This document shows positions 17,850 to 27,178 of a DNA stretch of 64,000 bases, piece by piece. The position numbers and the translations under genes are program-made. The notes under the pieces are model-generated. The model saw nothing but the letters and a program-made list of their open reading frames with translations, was not told the origin of the DNA and searched no databases. The stretch is from a virus, in IMG/VR virus record IMGVR_UViG_3300022699_000302, positions 1 to 64,000 of that record; one strand, given 5' to 3'. Each line of letters starts with the position of its first letter. Position 1 is the stretch's first letter.

Positions 17850-20627
17850 ATGGCAGGCGGATCGTTTATCGGGGAACAAGATTTCGGCCCGTACCAGCAG
17901 CAGGTCAACCCTGCCATGGCTCAGTATTTCCAGACCATGAGAAGTCTGGAAGCCTCTCGTTCTCGTTTGATGGAAGTCAGCCAAGGCGTGGTCGGAGCCA
18001 TGCCTGGTGCGGTCAATGTCGCACAACAAGGCTTAGCCCAGACCCAGCGCGCTTTCGGAATGCTAGGAGCTCAGGCCTCCGCGTTCCATGGCGGGTTTGT
18101 CAGCGGATACCAGACCTACCAGGGACCGTTGACTGCGCATCAGACTGCAGGACTGGGAACACAGCTGGCAACTTCTGCACCTCTGTCAACTCTGACTGCT
18201 CCTTTTACTGCCCCCTTTGCGCCCTTTGCCGGCGCTATCCCCGGCAGTCAAGGCATGTTTATTCAGGGACGATACGGCTACGAAGGTGGCGCAATCGCTC
18301 AAGACATGCTGATGCAGAACCTCAATATCGGGGCGCGTAACGCAGCACGTACTGCCGCAACCGATATTGCCCCGAATTTGATGATGATGGGTGGCGCGCT
18401 CTATGGTGGTCCTCTCGGAATGGCCGTTGCCGGGGTAGGCGCTATCGGCGCAATGGGTGGCGCAGATATTGCTCTTCGCGCTACCGGAGCCGATGCTTGG
18501 TTGAATAAGGAACATGCACGTCGGACTATTCAGAGAGCCCTGGGTTCGCGGTTAGGTGATCTTGGGGGTGCCGAGCGTTTCCGTGTGGGTCGAGGTACAG
18601 TGGATGAAGCTACTGAAGCCTACACCGAATTTGTTCAAGACGTGCAGTCTCAATACGGCTTATTTGCCCCTGGTGAAGAGGAGTTCCGTCCTCTGCTTGG
18701 CGCGGCTATTCAAACTACCAAGGACCAGGATCTCCCCAGATTAATCAAAAAGGGGGCAGATGGTCTTAAGGAACGTCTCCAGGATCTGCGTACTGCTGCT
18801 GCTGAGCTCAATATGCAATACAACGAGGTCGCAGAGCTTGCAGTGGAGTTTGGTGAAGAAGGGGGTGTGGGCGGAACCTTCGAACAGTTCATGGGGGATG
18901 TCTCCCGAGCGGCGACACGCGGTCGCGGCCTGAACCGTCGCATGTTAGCTAGTCTAGCTATTCAGCAGAGAAATCAGGCCATATCTCGAGGCTTCCAAGG
19001 CGAGTCGGCTCAACGAGGAGTCATGGAACTCGCTGCTGATATCCAGCAACAAGCCAACTTAGGACTAATCCCTCGGGATGAGCTTTTCATGTTTGGCGGA
19101 AGAACCCAAGCCGAAGCTGCCATGAACACAGCGGTGGCCCGACAAAATATGGAGTTCCAAATGGCCGAAGGACCTTTCGGTCAAATGGCTTTGGCTCGTC
19201 AGATCTCGGGGCGTCGAGTCGGCGGTGGTTTGATGCAGAACCTGGGCGGCCTTGGACAGACTTTCGCTCAAGACCCGTTCGGGTTCATGGCCCAGAACCT
19301 GCGGCCCGGTGCCCGTTCTGCAGCTGCGCGTGAGGCTCCTTGGCAGATGTTCCGTCAGTTCAAGGGACTCTTCGGCGGTGGTGATGCGGCTCGTGTTCTG
19401 TTCTCGCAATCTTTGGCCCAGCAGACCGGAATGTCTCCTCAGCAGGCCAGCGCCATGTTTAGTCAGTTCCAGAGAGATGAGCGCATTGCTGCTGAATTTG
19501 GAGAGTCTCTAGACCTGAAAGCAGACACAATCGTTCAGGCCGCGATCAATGCTCGCGCAGTAGACCCCGGGATGACTGTCCAAGGATTTACGCAGCTCGG
19601 TCTGAACAGAGGTCAGGTCGAGGAGATGGCGAGTGGCCGCGCCGGCGCACTATTTTTTGAGGGGATCGGCACTCGAGGAGGTGTTGGTCGTACAATTCTT
19701 TCTGATGAAGAAATTCGCCAACAAGCCGAGATCAATGCTCTGGCCGCAAACCCTGAATTTGGACGAAAAGGGTTCTTTGAAGAATTAGAGGAAAGAGCAG
19801 GTCCTATGCCCACTTCCGACAAGTGGACTTGGGAAGGATTCAAGGATCGTATGGCTAGAGGTGCCAGGGAGGCTGGAGCCCTTGGTGGTATGATTCTTGA
19901 GGGGTATGGAGCTGTATTCGATAAAGGGAAACAAGCAGAGTGGCAACGAGCGGTTGATCGTGAAGAAGCCCGAATTCGAAAAGAGCAGGATCTGCTCAGA
20001 GGTGCCGGTACGTCTACGCAGATGGTAACTGATTTCCTCTCTAGGAGTCGTGGTAATCTTCGTACCCTTGGATTGATCGATGCGGATACAGCTACCGGTG
20101 AGTTAGGTCAGGAACTGGTGCGGCATCTTACCGGATTCGAAGGAGACTTCGACCTGGATCGATTAGCTGCTATGGGTGTCGAAAAAGACGAGCTTCAATT
20201 CCTGCGTGCTATGCGAAAATCCTATAGGGATCCTGGTGGAGCAACAGAAGTCGCTCTCCGCCCCGAAGAAATGGCAGAAAGGTTTTTTGCGCTGAATCAG
20301 GGCGAAACTGCCAGGCTTGCGATAAATGAGCTCATGGCAGAGGGCGAGGACTTGCAGGATCGTCTCGAAGCGGCCGATTTCATTCGTGACGGGCTGACCA
20401 AAGAAGAAATGCGTAAGGCCGAGAACCAAGACGCTATCCAACGTCTCGGAGTCACGATGTTCGATAGAGGGTTGACTCGAAACCGAATATCTAAGCTGTT
20501 AGGTAGTGTTTCAACAGGCATTCTGCAGCCTGTGCTGGGGAATCAGGAAACGACGCAGCAAAATGCTTTCAGCAAGTTGAGTAATTTGAGTTTCGACGGT
20601 GACAAGCTGAGAGTCACTACAGACTAA
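17850..20627 (+). CDS. Tail tape measure protein
   Basis: 925 aa, Ala/Gly/Gln-rich helical composition, follows chaperone pair. Confidence 0.7.
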   Translation: MAGGSFIGEQDFGPYQQQVNPAMAQYFQTMRSLEASRSRLMEVSQGVVGAMPGAVNVAQQGLAQTQRAFGMLGAQASAFHGGFVSGYQTYQGPLTAHQTAGLGTQLATSAPLSTLTAPFTAPFAPFAGAIPGSQGMFIQGRYGYEGGAIAQDMLMQNLNIGARNAARTAATDIAPNLMMMGGALYGGPLGMAVAGVGAIGAMGGADIALRATGADAWLNKEHARRTIQRALGSRLGDLGGAERFRVGRGTVDEATEAYTEFVQDVQSQYGLFAPGEEEFRPLLGAAIQTTKDQDLPRLIKKGADGLKERLQDLRTAAAELNMQYNEVAELAVEFGEEGGVGGTFEQFMGDVSRAATRGRGLNRRMLASLAIQQRNQAISRGFQGESAQRGVMELAADIQQQANLGLIPRDELFMFGGRTQAEAAMNTAVARQNMEFQMAEGPFGQMALARQISGRRVGGGLMQNLGGLGQTFAQDPFGFMAQNLRPGARSAAAREAPWQMFRQFKGLFGGGDAARVLFSQSLAQQTGMSPQQASAMFSQFQRDERIAAEFGESLDLKADTIVQAAINARAVDPGMTVQGFTQLGLNRGQVEEMASGRAGALFFEGIGTRGGVGRTILSDEEIRQQAEINALAANPEFGRKGFFEELEERAGPMPTSDKWTWEGFKDRMARGAREAGALGGMILEGYGAVFDKGKQAEWQRAVDREEARIRKEQDLLRGAGTSTQMVTDFLSRSRGNLRTLGLIDADTATGELGQELVRHLTGFEGDFDLDRLAAMGVEKDELQFLRAMRKSYRDPGGATEVALRPEEMAERFFALNQGETARLAINELMAEGEDLQDRLEAADFIRDGLTKEEMRKAENQDAIQRLGVTMFDRGLTRNRISKLLGSVSTGILQPVLGNQETTQQNAFSKLSNLSFDGDKLRVTTD

Positions 20628-20636
20628 AGGTGAACA

Positions 20637-21020
20637 GTGTCATATCCGATCACAGGCGGTAGTCACCGAATAAAACTGGGGTCTGCCCAAAGGTCTGAGA
20701 AGCGAGCATTTAAGGGGCTGAGCGGTCTCAAGGCCATGGGCTTGCGAAAGCTAAAGCCTGGAGGGTTGGGCCGTAAGTTGCTGAAAAACCCCATGGCGCC
20801 AATGATGGCAGGCATGGGCATGCAGATGAGCGATAACCCCACGTTGCAGACCATTGGCACGGGCCTAACCTTCTTGCCTATGATGGGTGGCGGCCGTACC
20901 CCAGCGGCTCAGCGTAAAGGTAGTCCGGGCAAGAATCTCCCGAGCCAGACAGATGCACAGAGGTCTGCGGCTAGGCGCCGATACTGGTCCAAGCAGCAAG
21001 GCCAGAAAGAAATGTTCTAA
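20637..21020 (+). CDS. Small basic Gly/Met-rich protein, probably virion-associated
   Basis: 127 aa, AAAGGTG RBS, co-oriented with tape measure. Confidence 0.6.
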   Translation: MSYPITGGSHRIKLGSAQRSEKRAFKGLSGLKAMGLRKLKPGGLGRKLLKNPMAPMMAGMGMQMSDNPTLQTIGTGLTFLPMMGGGRTPAAQRKGSPGKNLPSQTDAQRSAARRRYWSKQQGQKEMF

Positions 21021-21053
21021 AAGAAAAAGGGGGAGCGAACTCCCCCTTCTTTC
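21018..21053. terminator. Bidirectional terminator
   Basis: TAAAAGAAA-AAGGGGGAG-CGAA-CTCCCCCTT-CTTTC between convergent genes. Confidence 0.85.
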
Positions 21054-22252
21054 TACTGTTCTGAGATACGAACGAACTCAGGGTCGTTCTCAGGGAGCGG
21101 CCCTTCTCGGCGAAGGGCCTTCCGCATTGCCTCGGGATCCACGTCTTTCGACTGAATCTTTTTGCGGGTCAACCAGTGTGCTTTCTTCAGAGCGCTGGAG
21201 AAGTTGGGGTCCGCACGAACTTTCGAGACCATCTCGTCGTACCTGTCCCGAAGATCCTCATCTTCGGTGAAGCAGATTGCGTGGCCGACGATTGCGGCGC
21301 TGAGTACTCGATCGAGATCGTGATGATCGAACACAGTGCCCTTCATTCGCTCCTGCAGGTCCTCGATCTGTTTGGCTCGTTTTTTGACGTCGTCGCGAAG
21401 ATCCTTGGTTTTCTCTTTGAGGTTTTTGAGCTCTTTTTGTTGCTCATTGATTGTCTTGTTGAGTCGGCGGTTCTTGTCTCTGAGCTTCTTAGTGGCCTTT
21501 TCTACCTCGTCCTCCAGCACAGTCTCGGCACGGGCTCGTGCACGCTCTTCTGTGTTCTTGGAGTCTGCTCGGAGTTTGCGGAGTTCGGCTTCCAGCTCGT
21601 CGGTTTGCTGTCTCAGGTTTTCAGCTTTTTCGGCTTGGCGTAGGGCTTCTTCGTCGGACTCTTCTCGTAACGCCTTTTCCTTTTCCAGCCGGGCCTCGTA
21701 GGCCTCACGCATTCCGGCAAGTGCTGCCTGGATCGGGTCGTCAGAGGGTGCGGGGACGTGCTCGGTTTCGCGTTCGCCTCCGTATGATTTCTTTTCCGGC
21801 TCAGGCTCTGGTTCGGGTTCGGGCTCTACAATCTCAAAGTTGTCTTGTAATGCTTGTAGTACTGCAGCTTTTCGTTCGTGAAAGAGCACGGGGATTTCGT
21901 GTTTCTTAGCCCACTCTATCCACATCTCTTTCAGCGGTTCGGTAACTGCTTTTGTTACAACCACCACGACCTGCACTTTGCGAAGATCTTCCTTTGGTGG
22001 ATCGTTCCGTTTACTGGCTACTGAATAGTGGTCAAAGGCGCCTCCCACTGTACGTGCCAGCAAGTCGATGTTGCTGACGACCAGGCCATGAATCGGCCGT
22101 TGTAAAACTCTATGCTTGCTCATATGGGTCTCCTTGGGAACCGAGGTACGCAGTGAGGGCTCCCGTGTCCAGGAGGTTAGCTCTGGGCCCTCGCATGTTT
22201 CCAAAACGAGGTAGTGTCGGGAGCCCTCACTGTATATCTCGGTTGGTTGCAT
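21053..22252 (-). CDS. Coiled-coil protein with (PE)n linker
   Basis: 399 aa; long E/K/R heptad region; PEPEPEPEPE; start may lie further in. Confidence 0.7.
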   Translation of the reverse strand: MQPTEIYSEGSRHYLVLETCEGPELTSWTREPSLRTSVPKETHMSKHRVLQRPIHGLVVSNIDLLARTVGGAFDHYSVASKRNDPPKEDLRKVQVVVVVTKAVTEPLKEMWIEWAKKHEIPVLFHERKAAVLQALQDNFEIVEPEPEPEPEPEKKSYGGERETEHVPAPSDDPIQAALAGMREAYEARLEKEKALREESDEEALRQAEKAENLRQQTDELEAELRKLRADSKNTEERARARAETVLEDEVEKATKKLRDKNRRLNKTINEQQKELKNLKEKTKDLRDDVKKRAKQIEDLQERMKGTVFDHHDLDRVLSAAIVGHAICFTEDEDLRDRYDEMVSKVRADPNFSSALKKAHWLTRKKIQSKDVDPEAMRKALRREGPLPENDPEFVRISEQ

Positions 22253-22265
22253 TCGATGCAGCCAA
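22243..22265 (-). promoter_or_regulatory. 23-bp dyad element, copy 2
   Basis: TTGGTTGCATTCGATGCAGCCAA overlapping the ATG at 22252. Confidence 0.75.
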
Positions 22266-22416
22266 GTAAAACGGGAAGCGGGAGCGAGGGAGAGGGCGCT
22301 CGTCGGGGGATGATCGAACGAGCACCCTCATCGGATGCAGTACTACTAGGACCTCAATAGGCCCGTCTCAGCCTCAACAGGCTCTAACCTCTGACATCCG
22401 TCCCTCTCGTCGACGG

Positions 22417-22902
22417 CTATGCGGAAGCGCCGGCGACTTCCGGCTCTTCCTTCTTGGCTTCCTTCTCCTTCTTGCCGTCCTCCTTCTTGCTTTCCTCGAA
22501 CGGGTCCTTCTCCTGCGCTTTGGCGACGTTCTCCGCCATGAGCAGGAGGGTTTCGTCGTCCTCGGCGATCTGCTTCTCGAACTCAATCGAGATGCCCATC
22601 TTTTCCGAGTAGGTTCCCTCCTTGCGGACGGCCTTGGCCTGCTTGAGCTGGGCCAGGGCATCGGCGAGCTCGGGGTCCTTCTCGGCCATCTTGATGGCCT
22701 TGTCGAGCTGTTCCTCCGACGGCCACATGTCGCAGATTACTGCGCGCGGGACGCCGTCCTTGTCGGCTTCCTTCTTGGCCTTCTCGAGGCGCTTCTTGTG
22801 CGCCTCGACCTCTTTGTCCTTGGTCATCTCCTGGACGGCCAAGGTGCCGCCCACACCAACGGCAGTGCCGCCGGCGAATGCTGCCATAAGTTGCCAGATC
22901 AT
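22417..22902 (-). CDS. Lys/Glu-rich protein with N-terminal hydrophobic Gly-rich segment
   Basis: 161 aa, AGGAGG RBS, strong codon bias. Confidence 0.75.
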   Translation of the reverse strand: MIWQLMAAFAGGTAVGVGGTLAVQEMTKDKEVEAHKKRLEKAKKEADKDGVPRAVICDMWPSEEQLDKAIKMAEKDPELADALAQLKQAKAVRKEGTYSEKMGISIEFEKQIAEDDETLLLMAENVAKAQEKDPFEESKKEDGKKEKEAKKEEPEVAGASA

Positions 22903-22950
22903 GCTAACCTCCTTCTGGTTGTTAGAGATAAGTAATTCTCTCCTGCATCT

Positions 22951-22959
22951 TCTTAGGCC
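22951..22959 (-). promoter_or_regulatory. GGCCTAAGA promoter-like motif
   Basis: First G 57 bp upstream of ATG 22902. Confidence 0.6.
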
Positions 22960-23105
22960 GAATTCGAGCCCTATATTTTGGGCTTTTTGAGACCTACCAC
23001 TACATCCGGCGTAGCCCCTATTTTTAGTTCTTCCAGCCCCATAGTTTTAGTTGAACCTGGGGTGGACTAGGACTAGATTGGTCGGACTTGATTCAGAAGG
23101 AGGTA

Positions 23106-23128
23106 GGGGGTCGGTTAGACCGACCCCC
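23106..23128. other. Perfect GC-rich hairpin in divergent intergenic region
   Basis: GGGGGTCGGT-TAG-ACCGACCCCC, no U-tract. Confidence 0.7.
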
Positions 23129-23197
23129 TGCTAGCAAAGGAAGGGCAATGTGATTACCCGTGGCTGCGGAGGCAACTATAGCGGTGGAAGGAAACCC

Positions 23198-23782
23198 ATG
23201 CAAGTCCAGAAAGAAGAAATTTTGGCTGAAGCCATTCGGGCTAAAGCTTTTGTTTTTCGCAATGATCCCGAGGCATCCGTGGAAATATTGGATGACCGAG
23301 AACCTCATCAGATCGCATCTCTGTTACTAGAATACGGTCACGGAGAGCTGGTCTATGCTTTTCGTCAGGCCAAACATGCCGGTGTTCCCGAGCATGAAGC
23401 GACCAAGTATGCGATGAAGGTTGTCCAGAATAGAAAGAAGGAGATGACGGATCCTGAGCTGATCAAACCCGGTACCTTCGCAGTCAAAGCGGAGAAGTGG
23501 ACATGGGCCCAGATCCCTAATGAACTGATCACCGACACCGAGATAACGCACCTTTCGATGCGGGTCTGGTGCCTGCTTCGGACCTATGCTAAGTCGGACG
23601 GATCTGAGGCGTACCCGAATCAGGAGAGGGCAGCTGATCAGCTCAACGTGTCTTCTCGATCGGTACAGCGAGCCATAGCGGAGTTGAAAGAAGCGGGGTG
23701 GTTGTCGGTGGATACCCGTCCGTGTCCTGGAGCAGGGGCTAGGCACTACAACGTGTATACCCTGCACTTAGAAAAGAGGTAA
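23198..23782 (+). CDS. Winged-HTH protein of phage replication-initiator type (HTH_36-like)
   Basis: WAQIPNELI..RVWCLL..AYPNQERAADQLNVSSRSVQRAIAELKEAGWL..NVYTL; GGAAGG RBS before ATG 23198. Confidence 0.75.
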   Translation: MQVQKEEILAEAIRAKAFVFRNDPEASVEILDDREPHQIASLLLEYGHGELVYAFRQAKHAGVPEHEATKYAMKVVQNRKKEMTDPELIKPGTFAVKAEKWTWAQIPNELITDTEITHLSMRVWCLLRTYAKSDGSEAYPNQERAADQLNVSSRSVQRAIAELKEAGWLSVDTRPCPGAGARHYNVYTLHLEKR

Positions 23783-23793
23783 ACCACAATATA

Positions 23794-23862
23794 CCCGCAC
23801 GACACATATGTCGTCCCCCGCACGACACATATGTCGTCCGCCGCACGACACAGGTGTCGTCC
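23794..23862. repeat. Three tandem 23-bp iteron-like repeats with internal dyad
   Basis: CCCGCACGACACATATGTCGTCC x2 then GCCGCACGACACAGGTGTCGTCC; each has ACGACA-N4-TGTCGT. Confidence 0.9.
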
Positions 23863-24533
23863 AAACTATACCCATATTAACTAGACCCGTATTAACGAGA
23901 CCCAATAAAAAACCATCTGCGCCAGGCGAGCTGGCGCGTGTTGATATACTGGATGTGATGACGGACTTCTTCGCACAAGAAATGGTAGATGCTTTCGTCC
24001 CTGTGTACCAAAACGGACTCAGGGATGTGCGGAACCGTTCGCTCGCACCGTACTGGACTCTTACGCCTCGATCTCTTCCTACCGATGAGGACTTCGAAGA
24101 ACGCTATGCCTCGATCCAGGAAGCTGCCTCTGAATCCGATAACACAACGCCGATGCCGGTATCGGAGTGGGCGTCCCTGTTCCCCCCAGCTGAGGGTCAG
24201 CGCATCTTCATCGAAATGTTGCTGAGGCACGGGCTCGAGAGGACTCTGGTCGACGACCTCGAGACTGAGGAGGTTGATCAGTTGGCTCTTCGTTCTGCTG
24301 AGTTGGTCGACCTATCGATTCAGCAGCAGGTACGAGGAGAGAGATTCAGTATTTCGTATATTCAGGATGTACTCGCTCGCTCTGAGGGACTCGAAGGTCT
24401 CGATGTCGTAGAGACTCTGCACTTCATTGAAGATGAACAGGAAAACGACGCATACGATGCGGATCGCAAAGCCCTCCAGCGTATTTCTCAGATGATGCAG
24501 TACATCACCGATCTTCTCGGGGAGTTGTCGTAA
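23808..24533 (+). CDS. Hypothetical protein (start uncertain: 23808, 23958, or fused to upstream HTH)
   Basis: 241 aa ORF; N-terminus resembles initiator linker (HDTGVVQTIPILTRP). Confidence 0.55.
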   Translation: MSSPARHICRPPHDTGVVQTIPILTRPVLTRPNKKPSAPGELARVDILDVMTDFFAQEMVDAFVPVYQNGLRDVRNRSLAPYWTLTPRSLPTDEDFEERYASIQEAASESDNTTPMPVSEWASLFPPAEGQRIFIEMLLRHGLERTLVDDLETEEVDQLALRSAELVDLSIQQQVRGERFSISYIQDVLARSEGLEGLDVVETLHFIEDEQENDAYDADRKALQRISQMMQYITDLLGELS

Positions 24534-24997
24534 TGTTGTCACTTGCTGTTGCGGATGCATGGGTAGACGAGGTGAAGCAGGCCGATTATCGAAAGGCCAT
24601 GGGTGAGAAGCTCCTCAGAAACCAGGACAAATACAAAGAGATGATCCGAGAGAGATTGGTTTCATCCCAAGCAACCAAGAAACCGTTCAAACCGGTTAAA
24701 CGTCGAGTGAAGTTCAAGTCTCGCCAGAAGGTCGGTGGGTATTTGGGCTCTGATGTCTACCTGATGGTTTCGGAGTTGCTGAAAGAAGGCATGACTCCGG
24801 CGATGCGTAAAGCGATGCCCTGGATGAAAGGAGGACCGGCCTCGAAGATGAAACCGCCGGCCTCGGGCATCCTCCCCAAAGCGCCGAAGGGAACGGCTGC
24901 TAGGGAAATGGCTGCACGTAAACGTCCCTTTGAAGCACCCGACCCCTCCATCCAGTCGAAGATGAGGCGGAAGAAACGACGAAAACCTGTAGCATAA
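24533..24997 (+). CDS. Basic hypothetical protein with KQA motif
   Basis: 154 aa, TAATG-coupled. Confidence 0.65.
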   Translation: MLSLAVADAWVDEVKQADYRKAMGEKLLRNQDKYKEMIRERLVSSQATKKPFKPVKRRVKFKSRQKVGGYLGSDVYLMVSELLKEGMTPAMRKAMPWMKGGPASKMKPPASGILPKAPKGTAAREMAARKRPFEAPDPSIQSKMRRKKRRKPVA

Positions 24998-25105
24998 AAA
25001 ATATAAAAATCGGCACAAAACAGCTTGACCGATATCTCGTTTGCCCGATCCTGTATGTAGGAGATAGGCACTACGTGTTGTAGTGTCAACCATATAGGAG
25101 GCAGG

Positions 25106-25429
25106 ATGATGACGGAAGTAACGAAGCTGATCGCTTCACTTCCGCGTGATCAGGTTCATGCCCTTGAGTTTGTTCTCTCTAATGAGTTGAGCAAGATGCT
25201 CCTGCGGCTGGCTCAGAACATGGCGGAAGTGGCACGGGGTGAATCGCCCTCATTCCCCCGCTCCCAAGCGATGACCTACGAAGTCGAGAAGATTCTCGGC
25301 AGCGTAGATACGCTTAGGGCTTTGATGACCAATCTGGGTCTGGAATCGAAAGAGGGACAGTACAGCGCAGAACTATTGAACACCGCACGGCACTGGCTGG
25401 CGGGTCGTCGCCCCGCACAGGTTGCGTAG
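25106..25429 (+). CDS. Hypothetical protein
   Basis: 107 aa, AGGAGG RBS, ends at terminator. Confidence 0.7.
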   Translation: MMTEVTKLIASLPRDQVHALEFVLSNELSKMLLRLAQNMAEVARGESPSFPRSQAMTYEVEKILGSVDTLRALMTNLGLESKEGQYSAELLNTARHWLAGRRPAQVA

Positions 25430-25464
25430 TAAAAAAGAAAGGGGCCGGTTATTCCGGCCCCTTT
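25430..25464. terminator. Bidirectional terminator
   Basis: TAAAAAAG-AAAGGGGCCGG-TTATT-CCGGCCCCTTT. Confidence 0.85.
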
Positions 25465-25784
25465 ACTGATATCACCTCAGCATCGATCACTTTAGAAGTC
25501 GCTCTCCGATAACGACTCCTCAAATGATCAAAGACCTTTTTGCGGTCTTCCCATTCCAACCGAATCTCGTACATCAAGAAGTTCGCCATCCCTGGGCCCA
25601 TCATCTGGTTTTCGTATGTTTCCGGGGTCGATCGACTGTGAAATCGAAACGACTGGACCGAGTAAGATTCCGGTCGATTCGATAGCATGATCAGGTAATG
25701 GATCGTAGTCTCTGCAGTTCCTCGACTGAAACACAAGACAACGGGTCCCCAGGGACAGCGAATGACGTCGTATCTACGTTTCAA
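25449..25784 (-). CDS. Hypothetical protein
   Basis: 111 aa, TTG start overlapping upstream stop; weak RBS. Confidence 0.45.
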   Translation of the reverse strand: MKRRYDVIRCPWGPVVLCFSRGTAETTIHYLIMLSNRPESYSVQSFRFHSRSTPETYENQMMGPGMANFLMYEIRLEWEDRKKVFDHLRSRYRRATSKVIDAEVISVKGPE

Positions 25785-26487
25785 CCGAGAAGAAGTCTTT
25801 CACGGCGTCGTCCATCTCGACGATCTCGCGATCGCTGGAGGCGACGTCGGGCTTTGCGGTGTCACCGATCTTTTCGGATCGAATGGCGTTATCCGCATTG
25901 ATCAGCAGCAGGTAAACCTCCTTCAGATTTACCTCAGCCTTTTCTCCCGGCTTCTTCGGGGGGTCCATCAATAAGGGATGGAGATCCCGTCGGTATGCGA
26001 TTTCGCACACGTCGTCTTTCTCGATGTCGGTGGATTCGTGGACACCCTTGACCTCGTAGTAGGCGTTGAGTCCGTTGGGTCGCGGGACCGGGAACACGGT
26101 ACCCTGCTTGACCGTCAGAGGGTCGATTTGGGCCATGGCCGTGTTGCGGATCTTTTCGTAGAGACCGCGAATCTTCTTGGCTTCTTTTTCGGAGACGGTC
26201 TTTTCTGAGAGGTCTGAGGTGCCGGCTTCGAAGACGTGGCCCCGGAGGTCGAGAGGTTGGGCCACTGCTACTCGTGCGGGTCCCTCTTCCTCATCGGACT
26301 CTAGCACCACGACAACTGTGCCTTTCGGTGTGTCGCCGACCTTCTTGGTTAATTTGTAATACTCGTTGGGCACGCCAACCTCCTTCTTTTTCTTGACCGC
26401 TGACTTAGTCTTCTTGACTGCTTTCTTTTTCACAGCCTTTTTCTTCGCCAACGGTTTCTTCTTTTTCTTTTTTGACTTGTCTGCCAT
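25774..26487 (-). CDS. Hypothetical protein with histone-H1-like Lys-rich N-terminus
   Basis: KKKKKK..KKKAVKKKAVKK; AAGGA RBS. Confidence 0.75.
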   Translation of the reverse strand: MADKSKKKKKKPLAKKKAVKKKAVKKTKSAVKKKKEVGVPNEYYKLTKKVGDTPKGTVVVVLESDEEEGPARVAVAQPLDLRGHVFEAGTSDLSEKTVSEKEAKKIRGLYEKIRNTAMAQIDPLTVKQGTVFPVPRPNGLNAYYEVKGVHESTDIEKDDVCEIAYRRDLHPLLMDPPKKPGEKAEVNLKEVYLLLINADNAIRSEKIGDTAKPDVASSDREIVEMDDAVKDFFSVET

Positions 26488-26488
26488 G

Positions 26489-26716
26489 TCAGTCCTTTTC
26501 GAACGGTTCTACCTGACTGATGCGAGAAAGAGTGAACACCTCGCGATAGTGTTCTCCACAACTGCAGCATCTGATTTGATTCCATGCTCGGATGCCTTCG
26601 CAATCCCACGAACCAGGCAGGACTTCAAGGTTGTTAGACCTACAGGAAGGGCACGCTGCGGCTTGCCCTTCCTCGATGTAACGCCGGATTACATCAGGGG
26701 TAAACTCCTGAGTCAT
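26489..26716 (-). CDS. Small zinc-ribbon protein
   Basis: CPSC...CCSC, 75 aa. Confidence 0.65.
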   Translation of the reverse strand: MTQEFTPDVIRRYIEEGQAAACPSCRSNNLEVLPGSWDCEGIRAWNQIRCCSCGEHYREVFTLSRISQVEPFEKD

Positions 26717-27162
26717 TTCCTTGGCTTTTTCTTCTTTCGGGATTTACCCGGGTATCGGCTCTTTTTGTATCTGCTCCACTTTCGTCTATTCGAGGCATTG
26801 AGGGTTTGTACGTCTCGAGCGGATAAAAAGATATTGTCGTCGGTTTCGACCAATTTCGGGCCACCCTTCTTGGTCTCAACCCAACAGTGTGCCGGCGTTG
26901 GCCGGGATCCCTCGATGAATCGGACCTGAAACCCCTTGCCGCTAGACCCACGGTGAGCGAACTCCTTGGAGAAATTGACTGAACGTACGATTTCACCAAG
27001 GAACATGTCTCGCTTTCCTGTGGGGGCGAAATTTGTGAGGCACAGAACCTGGGTGCCGGGGGTGCGGCCCGACGGCGGAGTATCATCGATCTCGATATCG
27101 AAATCGTCGTCCTCGTCCAGAATCAGGTCTTCAACAACATCGCCTTTTGCCTTCTTTGCCAT
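26713..27162 (-). CDS. Hypothetical protein (start MAKKAKG)
   Basis: GGAGAGGAGG RBS before ATG 27162; acidic N-terminal patch, basic C-terminus. Confidence 0.7.
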   Translation of the reverse strand: MAKKAKGDVVEDLILDEDDDFDIEIDDTPPSGRTPGTQVLCLTNFAPTGKRDMFLGEIVRSVNFSKEFAHRGSSGKGFQVRFIEGSRPTPAHCWVETKKGGPKLVETDDNIFLSARDVQTLNASNRRKWSRYKKSRYPGKSRKKKKPRK

Positions 27163-27178
27163 AAACCTCCTCTCCGTC

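Noticed and set aside
23794-23862. CRISPR array
   Set aside because: The three 23-bp repeats are contiguous with no spacers, and no cas genes are present
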